A stretch of DNA of 62,121 bases, filler included, from 6 parts of 6 records of this genome joined end to end with filler, not necessarily neighbours in it; one strand, 5' to 3'. Counted from the whole stretch's first letter, positions 44,073 to 52,831 are shown. Translations and numbers: made by a program. The notes: generated from the sequence alone by a model not told the origin.

Positions 44073-44150
44073 AAAGAGTTGGCTCGTATTCTTTTTATTA
44101 TGTGAGATCTTGTATGCACCAATTTTTTCCACAAAATGATTTAACAAAAT

Positions 44151-44519
44151 AAAATGGGTAAAAAGGTTATAATATTCTATTTTAATAAAAATAATGTAAT
44201 AAGGTTGGTGGAATTTTTGATTATCGATGCTATTAAGGTTTAAGAGCAAATAAAAAAGGTTTTCCAAGGGTTTAGTGGGGAGACATATCCTGATTACTGG
44301 TATTTGGCAGGGATATGGGAGATGAGAAGGAATTTTCAAATGTAGATGCAAAGTACCAGCTGCTTTTGCAGTCCGGTGGGGATAAATATCCTGGTTCATT
44401 TGGCGTCCTACATGAATATGTTGGACGATCATTTTCAATTTTATTGCAAAAGAAGCTGATAAGGTTTGTGGAGTTTTTGGTAATCGATGCTATTAGGTTA
44501 AAGAGCAAAAAATAAAGTT
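44151..44519. repeat. ~260-bp tandem repeat array 2 (leader plus 1 unit plus partial unit)
   Basis: Same leader as 41003; GATGCTATTA at 44226 and 44486. Confidence 0.85.
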
Positions 44520-44541
44520 GTCGAACTCTGCAAGTTCGCAG

Positions 44542-44668
44542 GATATAACAATTAAATCACCGGTTTGGACAGCATCGGGCTTGCCGATGCTGGGAACGAC
44601 TGATCTAATCCCCCGAATATTGCGCAAAGGAATCGGCTATCCAAATCCTGTGCATTTGCTTGTTATGT
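44542..44668 (-). repeat. attC site (127 bp), R' degenerate
   Basis: ACATAAC..AAATGCACAGG ... CCGGTGATTT..GTATATC; similar to the attC at 46931-47057. Confidence 0.8.
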
Positions 44669-44708
44669 GGTTATACAATTCTATCCTGCTCCTTAACAGA
44701 TCTCATCC

Positions 44709-46046
44709 TTATTTAGGATGGCGTGACTTGTATTTAACTTCCGGATAATCTTTAGAAGAAATATTTAACAAAGGAGCAAACATTCCTTTCAAGTGTCTAT
44801 TGAAGAATTGAAGTACGTAAGCATTCTGAATTTCTATAAACTTCCTTCCATTAATGGCCCCCAAAATATCCTGAAAGTCATCTGTTAAATATTCTTTAAA
44901 TGCTGATATATCACAAAAATTACTGTGAGTGGCATCATTTATTTGTACCATATAAATGCTACTTTTTGAAGAATGGTATAACAAATCATTTATTGGCAAA
45001 CAGTCCTGACACCAGGATTCGACACTTTCGATAACCATAAAGGGGACGGTTAGTTCTTTTTCAGCAATATCTCCGAACATAAATCCACTTAGATTGATCC
45101 CCGCTTTGCATCTTTTTTCCGTTATACAGGCCTGACCCGCTGCAGCACCACCTTTTGAATAACCCAAGACACCGATTTTCTGAAGATCGAGTTTTCCTGC
45201 GAACGGCTGTTCTAATCGGTTCATTTTATCAAGCTCATCAATGATGAAGCTAATATCTTCTACCCATAGCCGGATATCATTTATTTCTAAGGGCATATTT
45301 TTATTTAGCTTTTTCTGAAGAGTTAATTTTTTCTGGACTGTTTCAGCTCTCGTCAATTGTTCTTTTAATTGCTCAACAATATCGGAATTCTCCTCTTTCC
45401 ACAATTTTTTATTGTATTCATCGTTTTGCTCATCTCGAAAAAGAACTTTCCCTTGAGCATCAAAGTAGTATGCGCACCAATGAGGATGTCCCAGGCAGAA
45501 AACTACATATCCATGACTAGCAAGTTCTTCAGCTAATAATATATTTGCATCTAGAACGCCGGAAGCGGAATATAATAGTATAGGATAGGGTGATTGTTCA
45601 TTTGCCATCTCTGCATCCAGGACTGAGTGAGAAGGCATATTTGCGACTTCATTTACAAATGAGGAAGTAAATAATCCAAAATTTACCCAATATTCTGCGG
45701 TTTCTTTATTATTGAAATTGTGAAATATTTGAATAGAATCTATTAACGCTGGATACCAAACCTGAGCGGAAATCGTACGATAATCATGTGGATCAGACGT
45801 GAATAAATCTGGTCGGTTTTTGTCAGTAAAATAAAAATAACGTGTACCAATTGAATTTGGGCCCGTAGGTTTTGGTAATTTAAACTCGTGAGAAGAGAGG
45901 GAATTGCAACATGTTGCCATAAATGCAAAGATTAGAGTAGAAGCGAGAAACGAATTAATTGGAATTACCTTTGCTCTTCTGAAAAAATGAATTAATACCA
46001 AAAAAAACAAGAACATTGTTAAAATATTTATTTCCATTAATGGCAT
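44709..46046 (-). CDS. Alpha/beta hydrolase, PAF-acetylhydrolase-like (cassette cargo)
   Basis: LPKPTGP, QVWYPA, LASHGYVV, GYSKGG nucleophile elbow, HSNFCD. Confidence 0.85.
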   Translation of the reverse strand: MPLMEINILTMFLFFLVLIHFFRRAKVIPINSFLASTLIFAFMATCCNSLSSHEFKLPKPTGPNSIGTRYFYFTDKNRPDLFTSDPHDYRTISAQVWYPALIDSIQIFHNFNNKETAEYWVNFGLFTSSFVNEVANMPSHSVLDAEMANEQSPYPILLYSASGVLDANILLAEELASHGYVVFCLGHPHWCAYYFDAQGKVLFRDEQNDEYNKKLWKEENSDIVEQLKEQLTRAETVQKKLTLQKKLNKNMPLEINDIRLWVEDISFIIDELDKMNRLEQPFAGKLDLQKIGVLGYSKGGAAAGQACITEKRCKAGINLSGFMFGDIAEKELTVPFMVIESVESWCQDCLPINDLLYHSSKSSIYMVQINDATHSNFCDISAFKEYLTDDFQDILGAINGRKFIEIQNAYVLQFFNRHLKGMFAPLLNISSKDYPEVKYKSRHPK

Positions 46047-46076
46047 ATGTCTTCATCCTATATCTGATATTTTACC

Positions 46077-46130
46077 ACATAACGAAAAACTCACCGGTTC
46101 GCAAAAGCGGAGTACAGCGACTGGTTATGT
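46077..46130 (-). repeat. attC site (54 bp, internally deleted)
   Basis: ACATAAC ... CCGGTGAGTTTTTC GTTATGT. Confidence 0.7.
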
Positions 46131-46169
46131 AACGTCTTTCACCATGTGTATTATATGATCTGTGCGTTG

Positions 46170-46907
46170 TTAGTCGCGCATAAACCATCCCGTTACCGTT
46201 TCGAGAAATGGACCAAACCGGCCGAATGGGTGAAGGGGTTTTAATAGGTCTGCCTTGATTTTTTCGGCCATCTTTATACCTATGTTGCGTGCTTCTTTGA
46301 GTTGCTCTGTGGAGAGTTCTTTGAACAGATACGCTCTGTGCCAGTCTTCGGCCTGTAGCTTCCTGGAGAATTCCCCGCCAGCATACATCGCACCGACCCA
46401 GTCCGCGTTGAAAATGAGGCAGCCGTTCTGCTTCATAAATGGAGTTCCATCATTACAGTACTTCTTTCCCTGCTTCGTGGGCATAGAACCGGCGCTTACT
46501 ATAGTAGCCAGTGCTCGTATCTTACTTGACCGAGGCTCAGGCACTCCCCTGAAGGTCAGTAATTTGCCCGTCGGCTGGCAGAGTCTCCATGCGATACGTT
46601 CAAAAAAAACTGTCATCAAACCAGTATTGAATCCGTTATGAACTGGTGACGAGAGGATGATTCCATCGGCATCCATGACCTTTTCCAGGATCTCACCCAC
46701 GCTATCATTAACCGAGCAGGATGCAATCTCGGAGTCCAGGTCCTTGTAACACATCAGGCAGTTGGTGCAATAGCGCACATCGTGATCTTGAAGCAAGACC
46801 ATTTCAGTTTCAGCACCAACCGATGCTGCCCCTCCAAGAGCTGCTTCGGTCAGACCTGTAGTGGTTCCCTTTTTACGGTACGCTCCATTGATAGCAAGTA
46901 TCTTCAT
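46170..46907 (-). CDS. Flavodoxin / iron-sulfur flavoprotein family (cassette cargo)
   Basis: MKILAINGAYRKKGTT, CTNCLMC, ADGIILSSPV; GAGGAG RBS. Confidence 0.88.
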   Translation of the reverse strand: MKILAINGAYRKKGTTTGLTEAALGGAASVGAETEMVLLQDHDVRYCTNCLMCYKDLDSEIASCSVNDSVGEILEKVMDADGIILSSPVHNGFNTGLMTVFFERIAWRLCQPTGKLLTFRGVPEPRSSKIRALATIVSAGSMPTKQGKKYCNDGTPFMKQNGCLIFNADWVGAMYAGGEFSRKLQAEDWHRAYLFKELSTEQLKEARNIGIKMAEKIKADLLKPLHPFGRFGPFLETVTGWFMRD

Positions 46908-46930
46908 GTCACTACTCCTCATTCACTAAG

Positions 46931-47057
46931 ATATAACGATAAAATCACCGGCGGGAACAGCATCGAGTCTGCTCGATGCTGTGGAAACTTGACTGATCCC
47001 GTACAAAATAAGGTAGACGAATCTGCTGTTCCAGTCCGGTGCATTTTGGAGTTATAC
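46931..47057 (-). repeat. attC site (127 bp)
   Basis: GTATAAC..AAATGCACCGG ... CCGGTGATTT..GTTATAT with an extra G in L''. Confidence 0.9.
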
Positions 47058-47121
47058 TGTTTTTCCATGTATTCATAAGATCATTTTTTTCTTTTTCGAG
47101 TCAACAACTAGCCAATTCAAA

Positions 47122-50037
47122 CTAATCCAGCTCCAAATCCAAAGCATATTCAACCGCTTTTTCAAATTCCATCTGGCGACCTTTTTGTTCGAATTCGTCA
47201 GCAGCTTTTTCGCCGAGTTCTATGCGAGCTTGTCCTATGGTTTTTGATATTAGCTTACTCCAAAATATAATACTTTCGGGGGATGCTCCCAATGCTTCAC
47301 ATTTAGCGACAGCTGCACCGTTCAAAAGCAAAGCTTTTTTAAATTTGCGCTGACCTGCAAGGGACATAGCGACTCCCTGCATGTCATAAGCTGTTTGTTG
47401 TATATCGCCGATTTTAAATCCCAATCGAACCGCATCGCCATAGCGTTTTTCCGACTCTACATAATTTTCCTTCATGATAGCACAATCTCCATACATGTGT
47501 TGAGCAATTAATGGATCCCACTGCATCTTGAGTGCCTTTGCACTTTTGGAGATTTCTAAAACTAAAGGTTCAGCCTCGTCTGGCTGAAATTGGGAGATGA
47601 ATCCATATGCATTCCATAACTTTGCTCTTAATAACAATTTTGGATCGTTGCATTTTTCCAATGTATCTACAGCCTCAGATGTACATTCGAGACCTTTAGT
47701 ATATTCAGTTGTAAAATGCAAATAAAGCATACCCATATAGGTAAGTAAAAATCCTATCTCTCTTTGATCACCCAAGTCTCGCCACAATTCAAGTCCTTTG
47801 TTAAACCAAATCAGGCCATTATCAAAGTCCCCTAAAATCGACAACAGCAATCCATAACCAGATAAACCTCGGGCGTAAATTGAATCACGATTATCATATC
47901 GGGTTAATACATTTTCCAAATAACGGAATCCGATAGAAAAATGAGCCCGGACCCGCCAAAACCAAAAGAGTGCTCCAGCAAGTTGAAGAAGCAATTTAGG
48001 TTTCTCTGTTACCCAATCCAATGCTGCTATCAAATTTTCATGTTCCAATTCCAACCGATTACCCCAGGTAGCTTCTTCACCAACATGGTTTATGTAAGCT
48101 TTTTCAGCTAACTCGAGAAAATATTTAAAATGCCTTTCACGAATAGATCTTGATTCATTTGCTTCAAGTAACTTTTCTCTTCCATAATGTCTAATAGTTT
48201 CCAACAGTCGATAGCGATAGGTGCCATCTTTATTCGTCTCCGTAACAACCAGTGATTTATCAATCAGGCTGGACATAAGCTCAAAAATGTTTTCTTTGGT
48301 GAGTGGTTTGATACCGCAGATATCTTCCACTGCTTCCATATCGCAACCACCAATAAAAACTGAAAGACGATTGAATAGTATTTTTTCTTCATCAGATAAA
48401 AGTTCATAACTCCAATCAATAGTTGCACGCAGAGTCTTTTGCCGCTCTAAGGCTGTTCGACTCCCTCCGGTGAGTAACTGAAAACGGTCATCAAGTCGAT
48501 TTAAAATTGTGCCTGGACTGAACAGTTTGATCCTTGCTGCAGCCAGTTCGATTGCCAGGGGAATGCCGTCCAATCTGCTGCATATTTTTGCGATTGTATC
48601 AATGTTCTGATTTGATATTCCAAAAGAAGGATTGTTGTTCTTTGCCCTGTCAACAAACAATGTAATACTTTCGAATTGTGATGTATCTTTGGCCTGCAGA
48701 GCCTGGTCAGACTTTGGAACAGAAAGAGATGGAACACGCCACGCCAGTTCACCCTGAATGTTGAGTGCTTCCCGACTTGTAGCCAATAAAGTAAGGTTTT
48801 TAGCCGTTTTCAATAGCTGTTCAACAATATCCGAACAAGCACTTATAAGATGTTCACAATTATCCAACAACAACAGGAGATTTTTATCTTTGATTGTTTT
48901 CGTTATTGTATCTACAATGGGAGTTTGTGCCTCTACTTTTACCTGTAAGGCAGAGGCTATGACCTCCGGAATGCGTTGACCATCAGACAGTGAGGCCAAT
49001 TCCACCAGCCAAACGCCATCATCATAATTATCTGTAATCTCTATGGCGATTTGCTGTGACAATCTGGTTTTACCACATCCGCCCGCCCCGGTCAAGGTGA
49101 CCAGCCGGTGATCCGATAATAATTCTTTCACCGTTTCAATCTCTTTTTCACGTCCGATAAAACTGGTCAAATAGCCTGGGAGATTATGCTTAGCAAGTTG
49201 ACTTGTTTCCGGTTTACTAACCGGCAATTGTTTTTCAATGGCCTGAATAATCTCCTGCATCAATCCAAAGCGATTCTCTGCTTCTTTTTGGAGGCATTTT
49301 CCAATAATATCCTCCAGATAATCCGGGCAATTTTGACAAAGGCTTTTGGTTTCTTTAGGTTCTTCGTTGAGGATCGAGTACATCATAGCGGATTCGTAAT
49401 CGCCACGAAAGGGGAGTTGCCCTGTGAGCATCTCAAACAGCACTACGCCGAATGAGAAGATGTCAGTAAGTGCGTCCACCGTCTGCCCTTGAATTTGCTC
49501 CGGTGACATGTAAGCCAAAGTACCGACAGTGGAATGGTCTTTAGTCAAATCCGCACCTTCACCGACTTTCGCCAGGCCAAAATCCATGATTTTAATCTGT
49601 CCGGTTTCTGTGACCATAATATTTGCTGATTTTATATCGCGGTGAACGATACCTTTGTCATGGGCGACCGACAAACCTTTGGCGATTTGGATAGTATAGT
49701 TTAATACATCATCAATCTTCATGGGCATTTCGCCCCGAGTCCCTACAATATTCCGTAACGTTTTCCCCTCAACATATTCCATTACAATAAACTGCTGTCC
49801 TTCATGTTCCTGTATATCATAAATAATACAAACATTGGGGTGATTAATGGCAGCGGCAGCTTGAGCCTCCTGAAGGAATCGAGCTTGATCGGTTTTATTG
49901 ACTGTGAGATGTTGGGGAAGAAATTTTAAGGCGACAACTCGTTTGAGTTTTGTGTCCTCGGCTTTATAGACAATGCCCATGCCTCCTTCACCGAGTTTTT
50001 TGAGGATTTTATAATGGGAAATTAATTTACCAATCAT
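47122..50037 (-). CDS. Ser/Thr protein kinase - STAND/NB-ARC ATPase - TPR-like protein (cassette cargo)
   Basis: GEGGMG, HRDIK, DFG, YMSPE; Walker A GAGGCGKT, Walker B LLLLDNCEH, GIPLAIELAAAR; helical C-terminus. Confidence 0.92.
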   Translation of the reverse strand: MIGKLISHYKILKKLGEGGMGIVYKAEDTKLKRVVALKFLPQHLTVNKTDQARFLQEAQAAAAINHPNVCIIYDIQEHEGQQFIVMEYVEGKTLRNIVGTRGEMPMKIDDVLNYTIQIAKGLSVAHDKGIVHRDIKSANIMVTETGQIKIMDFGLAKVGEGADLTKDHSTVGTLAYMSPEQIQGQTVDALTDIFSFGVVLFEMLTGQLPFRGDYESAMMYSILNEEPKETKSLCQNCPDYLEDIIGKCLQKEAENRFGLMQEIIQAIEKQLPVSKPETSQLAKHNLPGYLTSFIGREKEIETVKELLSDHRLVTLTGAGGCGKTRLSQQIAIEITDNYDDGVWLVELASLSDGQRIPEVIASALQVKVEAQTPIVDTITKTIKDKNLLLLLDNCEHLISACSDIVEQLLKTAKNLTLLATSREALNIQGELAWRVPSLSVPKSDQALQAKDTSQFESITLFVDRAKNNNPSFGISNQNIDTIAKICSRLDGIPLAIELAAARIKLFSPGTILNRLDDRFQLLTGGSRTALERQKTLRATIDWSYELLSDEEKILFNRLSVFIGGCDMEAVEDICGIKPLTKENIFELMSSLIDKSLVVTETNKDGTYRYRLLETIRHYGREKLLEANESRSIRERHFKYFLELAEKAYINHVGEEATWGNRLELEHENLIAALDWVTEKPKLLLQLAGALFWFWRVRAHFSIGFRYLENVLTRYDNRDSIYARGLSGYGLLLSILGDFDNGLIWFNKGLELWRDLGDQREIGFLLTYMGMLYLHFTTEYTKGLECTSEAVDTLEKCNDPKLLLRAKLWNAYGFISQFQPDEAEPLVLEISKSAKALKMQWDPLIAQHMYGDCAIMKENYVESEKRYGDAVRLGFKIGDIQQTAYDMQGVAMSLAGQRKFKKALLLNGAAVAKCEALGASPESIIFWSKLISKTIGQARIELGEKAADEFEQKGRQMEFEKAVEYALDLELD

Positions 50038-50091
50038 GATACTATCCCATATTGATTAGTTTTTTCTTTTTTTATGATTGTAATTTTAGCA

Positions 50092-50190
50092 GTATAACTA
50101 CCGAATGTTAACCGGATTTTACGTTATATAAACTTCCAATTGCCGATTCATGCTTGCGTGTAAAATTCCGTGTTGAACATATTGTAATAC
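50092..50190 (-). repeat. attC site (99 bp), R'' mutated
   Basis: GTATTAC..ATGTTCAAC ACGGAATTTTAC ... GTAAAATCCG GTTAACAT..GTTATAC. Confidence 0.8.
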
Positions 50191-50265
50191 GCCATAAAAA
50201 CAAAGGCCAACAGCAAAGTATATTATACCTTTCTAATGCATTAAATACAGTGTTGGCAGTAGCAA

Positions 50266-50748
50266 TTAATTATTTGGACTGACGGAATGTATATATATTC
50301 TCCAGTCACCATTTTGTTTTTTTCTAAGTACATCCAAATATTTTACATCCATTTGGATTTGTAAAGTGTCTGCTTTTGGCCTAATGGTGATCAAGCCTCT
50401 ATGTCGATGAATAGCGATATCGCCCCTTACGATTACTTCTTCCGACTTGTAATTTGTCAGCTTAAATGTGTTAGCTGCAAAAAACTCTTCAAGTTCAGAC
50501 CTGAAAGTATCAAGGTTGGTGATAGGTTCTCTTCCTGCATCATACCCAATAAAATCATCAGTGACATAGGAAAAGTAACCCTCAATGTTTCCTGCCTCAA
50601 TCTCCTTAATAAAGTCAGAAAAAACCTGTTTTACTTTTTCTTGTTCAGATGCAGTATCAGGTTTCTCACCTTTACCACATCCAATAATTAGTAGAAGAGT
50701 TAGTCCTAGAGTTATGTTTAACAGAGTTCTCATATCAATTTCACTCAT
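50266..50748 (-). CDS. DUF4440/SnoaL-like lipoprotein (cassette cargo)
   Basis: LIIGC lipobox, KYLDVLRKKQNGDWRI; start may be 50733. Confidence 0.8.
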   Translation of the reverse strand: MSEIDMRTLLNITLGLTLLLIIGCGKGEKPDTASEQEKVKQVFSDFIKEIEAGNIEGYFSYVTDDFIGYDAGREPITNLDTFRSELEEFFAANTFKLTNYKSEEVIVRGDIAIHRHRGLITIRPKADTLQIQMDVKYLDVLRKKQNGDWRIYIHSVSPNN

Positions 50749-50880
50749 TTTGATTTAAGGTTATCATTAACTAAAATTACAACTAATGTTTGTGTATATT
50801 CACTGCGCTTAACCTATCTATTTGGCAATTTTTACTGATGAGATAAGATATATCAAGCAAATCATCGATATGGTTAGACA

Positions 50881-50938
50881 GTATAACGGTTTGCGTTCAG
50901 GAACGCCCTTTGGCGTCTCCTGGAACACCTGGTTCGGC
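50881..50938 (-). repeat. attC site (58 bp)
   Basis: GCCGAAC..TTCCAGGA GACGCC-AAAG-GGCGT TCCTGAA..GTTATAC. Confidence 0.9.
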
Positions 50939-50957
50939 AGTATTCCTTTGAAATGTT

Positions 50958-51875
50958 TCATAACCTTAGTTGAAGCCTTATTGTTTTGTCTAATGAGGCA
51001 GTAAGCCATTTCTTCTCGACCGTCAGTTCTCCCAGCAGCGACAACACATCCCTATCTATCTCTTTTTCTGTCTCAGAGTCGCCATAGAAAACCTTCAGAG
51101 TATTGGAGACGACTTTCATCCGCGAGCGAATTGGCGACAGGGTTATGTTCCATGCACACGCTGCAAATGGCTTCTCCTGCTTGAGTTTGCCACCAATTAC
51201 CTCGAGTACGATCTGGAGATTTTCTACAAAATTCCAATGGCATGTCCAAAGCAGGTCTATGGCAAGACCCAACGAGAAATCCCCGCCGTCTAACCCTTGA
51301 AGCCCTTCAAAGGGGACTGTCTGAACCGTTTGCCGCCAGAAATCCTCGTGTTCCTTATAGTGATCCGGGCAATCTTCTTGGTCGTATGAGAGCCATGCAT
51401 ACTGTGTGCTTGGGTCCTGATCCGACCACGGCCAATTGGTCCAGCTGCGGATCTTTTCGATCACCCGCTGGACCTGCCATTCTTTCAGTGGCGAGCGTTC
51501 CCCAAGGCAAGCAAGGATCCGAGATGCCGGAACAGTACCTATGGTTAAGTCGATTGATGTGCTGGGACATCCTGCAACCCACGCTGAGAGGGCGCCGCAG
51601 GCATTCTTCGATACGATTTCAGTGGGATGAATTTGGCCAGGCGTTCGGGTGCCCAATCCCTTACTGGTCTCTCCCGTCGCGATTGCTTCAAGTATGTTGC
51701 TAACCCATCTCTCAGCCTTGTGGTGGCACATCTCAAGGCTTCCAATCAGTCCTCGAATCTTCGATACGTTCGCTGCAATGGGGGCAATCTGATCCTCCAG
51801 ACTGTCGATGGCCACGATCTCGGAATCGGTTTCCTGGCCGATGCCGCAATTGTTCCACCAATCTCGCGTCGTCAT
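50958..51875 (-). CDS. Hypothetical protein (cassette cargo), true start MTTRDWW
   Basis: AGGAGG RBS downstream of the attC; the ORF-track extension to 51956 runs through the attC. Confidence 0.75.
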   Translation of the reverse strand: MTTRDWWNNCGIGQETDSEIVAIDSLEDQIAPIAANVSKIRGLIGSLEMCHHKAERWVSNILEAIATGETSKGLGTRTPGQIHPTEIVSKNACGALSAWVAGCPSTSIDLTIGTVPASRILACLGERSPLKEWQVQRVIEKIRSWTNWPWSDQDPSTQYAWLSYDQEDCPDHYKEHEDFWRQTVQTVPFEGLQGLDGGDFSLGLAIDLLWTCHWNFVENLQIVLEVIGGKLKQEKPFAACAWNITLSPIRSRMKVVSNTLKVFYGDSETEKEIDRDVLSLLGELTVEKKWLTASLDKTIRLQLRL

Positions 51876-51901
51876 TTGCTTTCTCCTCCTATCTATGCGT
51901 T

Positions 51902-51969
51902 GCCGAACACAATCTTCACCCGCCCGAGCCGCAAACGCGGCGAGGATCGGGTGCAAGCATAAGTTAGGT
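51902..51969 (-). repeat. attC site (68 bp)
   Basis: ACCTAAC..TTGCACCC..GCCGC-GTTT-GCGGC..GGGTGAA..GTTCGGC. Confidence 0.92.
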
Positions 51970-51988
51970 TTTTATCTTTCAGGGCTAT

Positions 51989-52684
51989 TCACAGTTGACG
52001 TTCAATTTCATAAAAAGTCGCAAATTCTGATAGATCCTTGTTGTCACAGAATTTTTCGAATTCTTTCTTTTTTTCAGCATCTAATTCTCCATTTTTCATC
52101 TGCTGTAGGAGATCTTTCGCTTCTGGTATCATTACAGTCTCAATTTTTCTGAATCCATGTTTGCTGTATGTGCGCAGCATCGGGGTACACATCTCTGAAG
52201 ACAACCAATAGTTATCCGGATAAGCAAAACAGCGTACGCTCTTCCAGCTATTATTCTTTGCCCACTCTAGGATGGCATCGATGAGCTTATGGCTGAGTCC
52301 CTGTCCCTGATAATCCTTGTGCACAAAAAAACAAGTAATTCTGAGTATTCGTTCAGCCGGATTTGCTAATGGAGGAAGCTTCATCTCCACCATCTCTTGA
52401 GTTATGGCATAGTTTGAATCCTGACAACAGAATTTGAACTGATTGTAAATTATCTGAGGATAGAATCTGGCGTGAGCCACAACCGAGTCACCCTCCATGG
52501 CTAACATAGCACATGAACCATAAGTGTCAATCAGCCGTGCAAGAAATTTCTTATTTCGGTCTAATTGTTCCTTGGGTAGACTTTCGATATTCATACTCTT
52601 TGCTTCGATGTTAGAAGGACTTAACAGTCCGTCGTGAAGGCATCGGAACAATATAAAATCCTTATTCATTGGACAGATTTTCAT
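51989..52684 (-). CDS. GNAT family N-acetyltransferase (cassette cargo)
   Basis: ITCFFVHKDYQGQGLSHKLI acetyl-CoA motif, YSKHGF; AAGGAG RBS right after GTTAGGT. Confidence 0.85.
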   Translation of the reverse strand: MKICPMNKDFILFRCLHDGLLSPSNIEAKSMNIESLPKEQLDRNKKFLARLIDTYGSCAMLAMEGDSVVAHARFYPQIIYNQFKFCCQDSNYAITQEMVEMKLPPLANPAERILRITCFFVHKDYQGQGLSHKLIDAILEWAKNNSWKSVRCFAYPDNYWLSSEMCTPMLRTYSKHGFRKIETVMIPEAKDLLQQMKNGELDAEKKKEFEKFCDNKDLSEFATFYEIERQL

Positions 52685-52699
52685 TTATGCTCCTTGAAA

Positions 52700-52831
52700 A
52701 CCTAACTTTAGCATCACCTGCGCTGCCGCATTTAGCGAATAAAATTTAACCTCTTATAAATATTTAAATAAATGTACATATATTACCTTCAAAGCTGACC
52801 GCGGCAGTGTCAGGTGAATGCAGTGTTAGGA
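52700..52831 (-). repeat. attC site (132 bp)
   Basis: TCCTAAC..GCATTCACCTG..CTGCCGC ... GCGGCAG..CAGGTGATGC..GTTAGGT. Confidence 0.9.

Larger units (their letters stand above)
39663..52831 (-). mobile_element. Integron gene-cassette array (no intI in window)
   Basis: About nine attC-like sites, each directly upstream of a minus-strand ORF or element; cassette ends mutually complementary. Confidence 0.88.

Noticed and set aside
41003-44519. CRISPR array or coding repeat (ORFs 41282..41506, 44272..44508, 41006..41209, 44315..44515)
   Set aside because: Units are ~260 bp and similar along their whole length, with no repeat-spacer pattern or cas genes; spacing breaks frame and the ORFs are not conserved between copies. 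The GYLSP resemblance to IS3 transposase tails is too short to support
51876-51956. N-terminal extension of the 332-aa ORF
   Set aside because: It is translated attC sequence; the RBS supports the ATG at 51875
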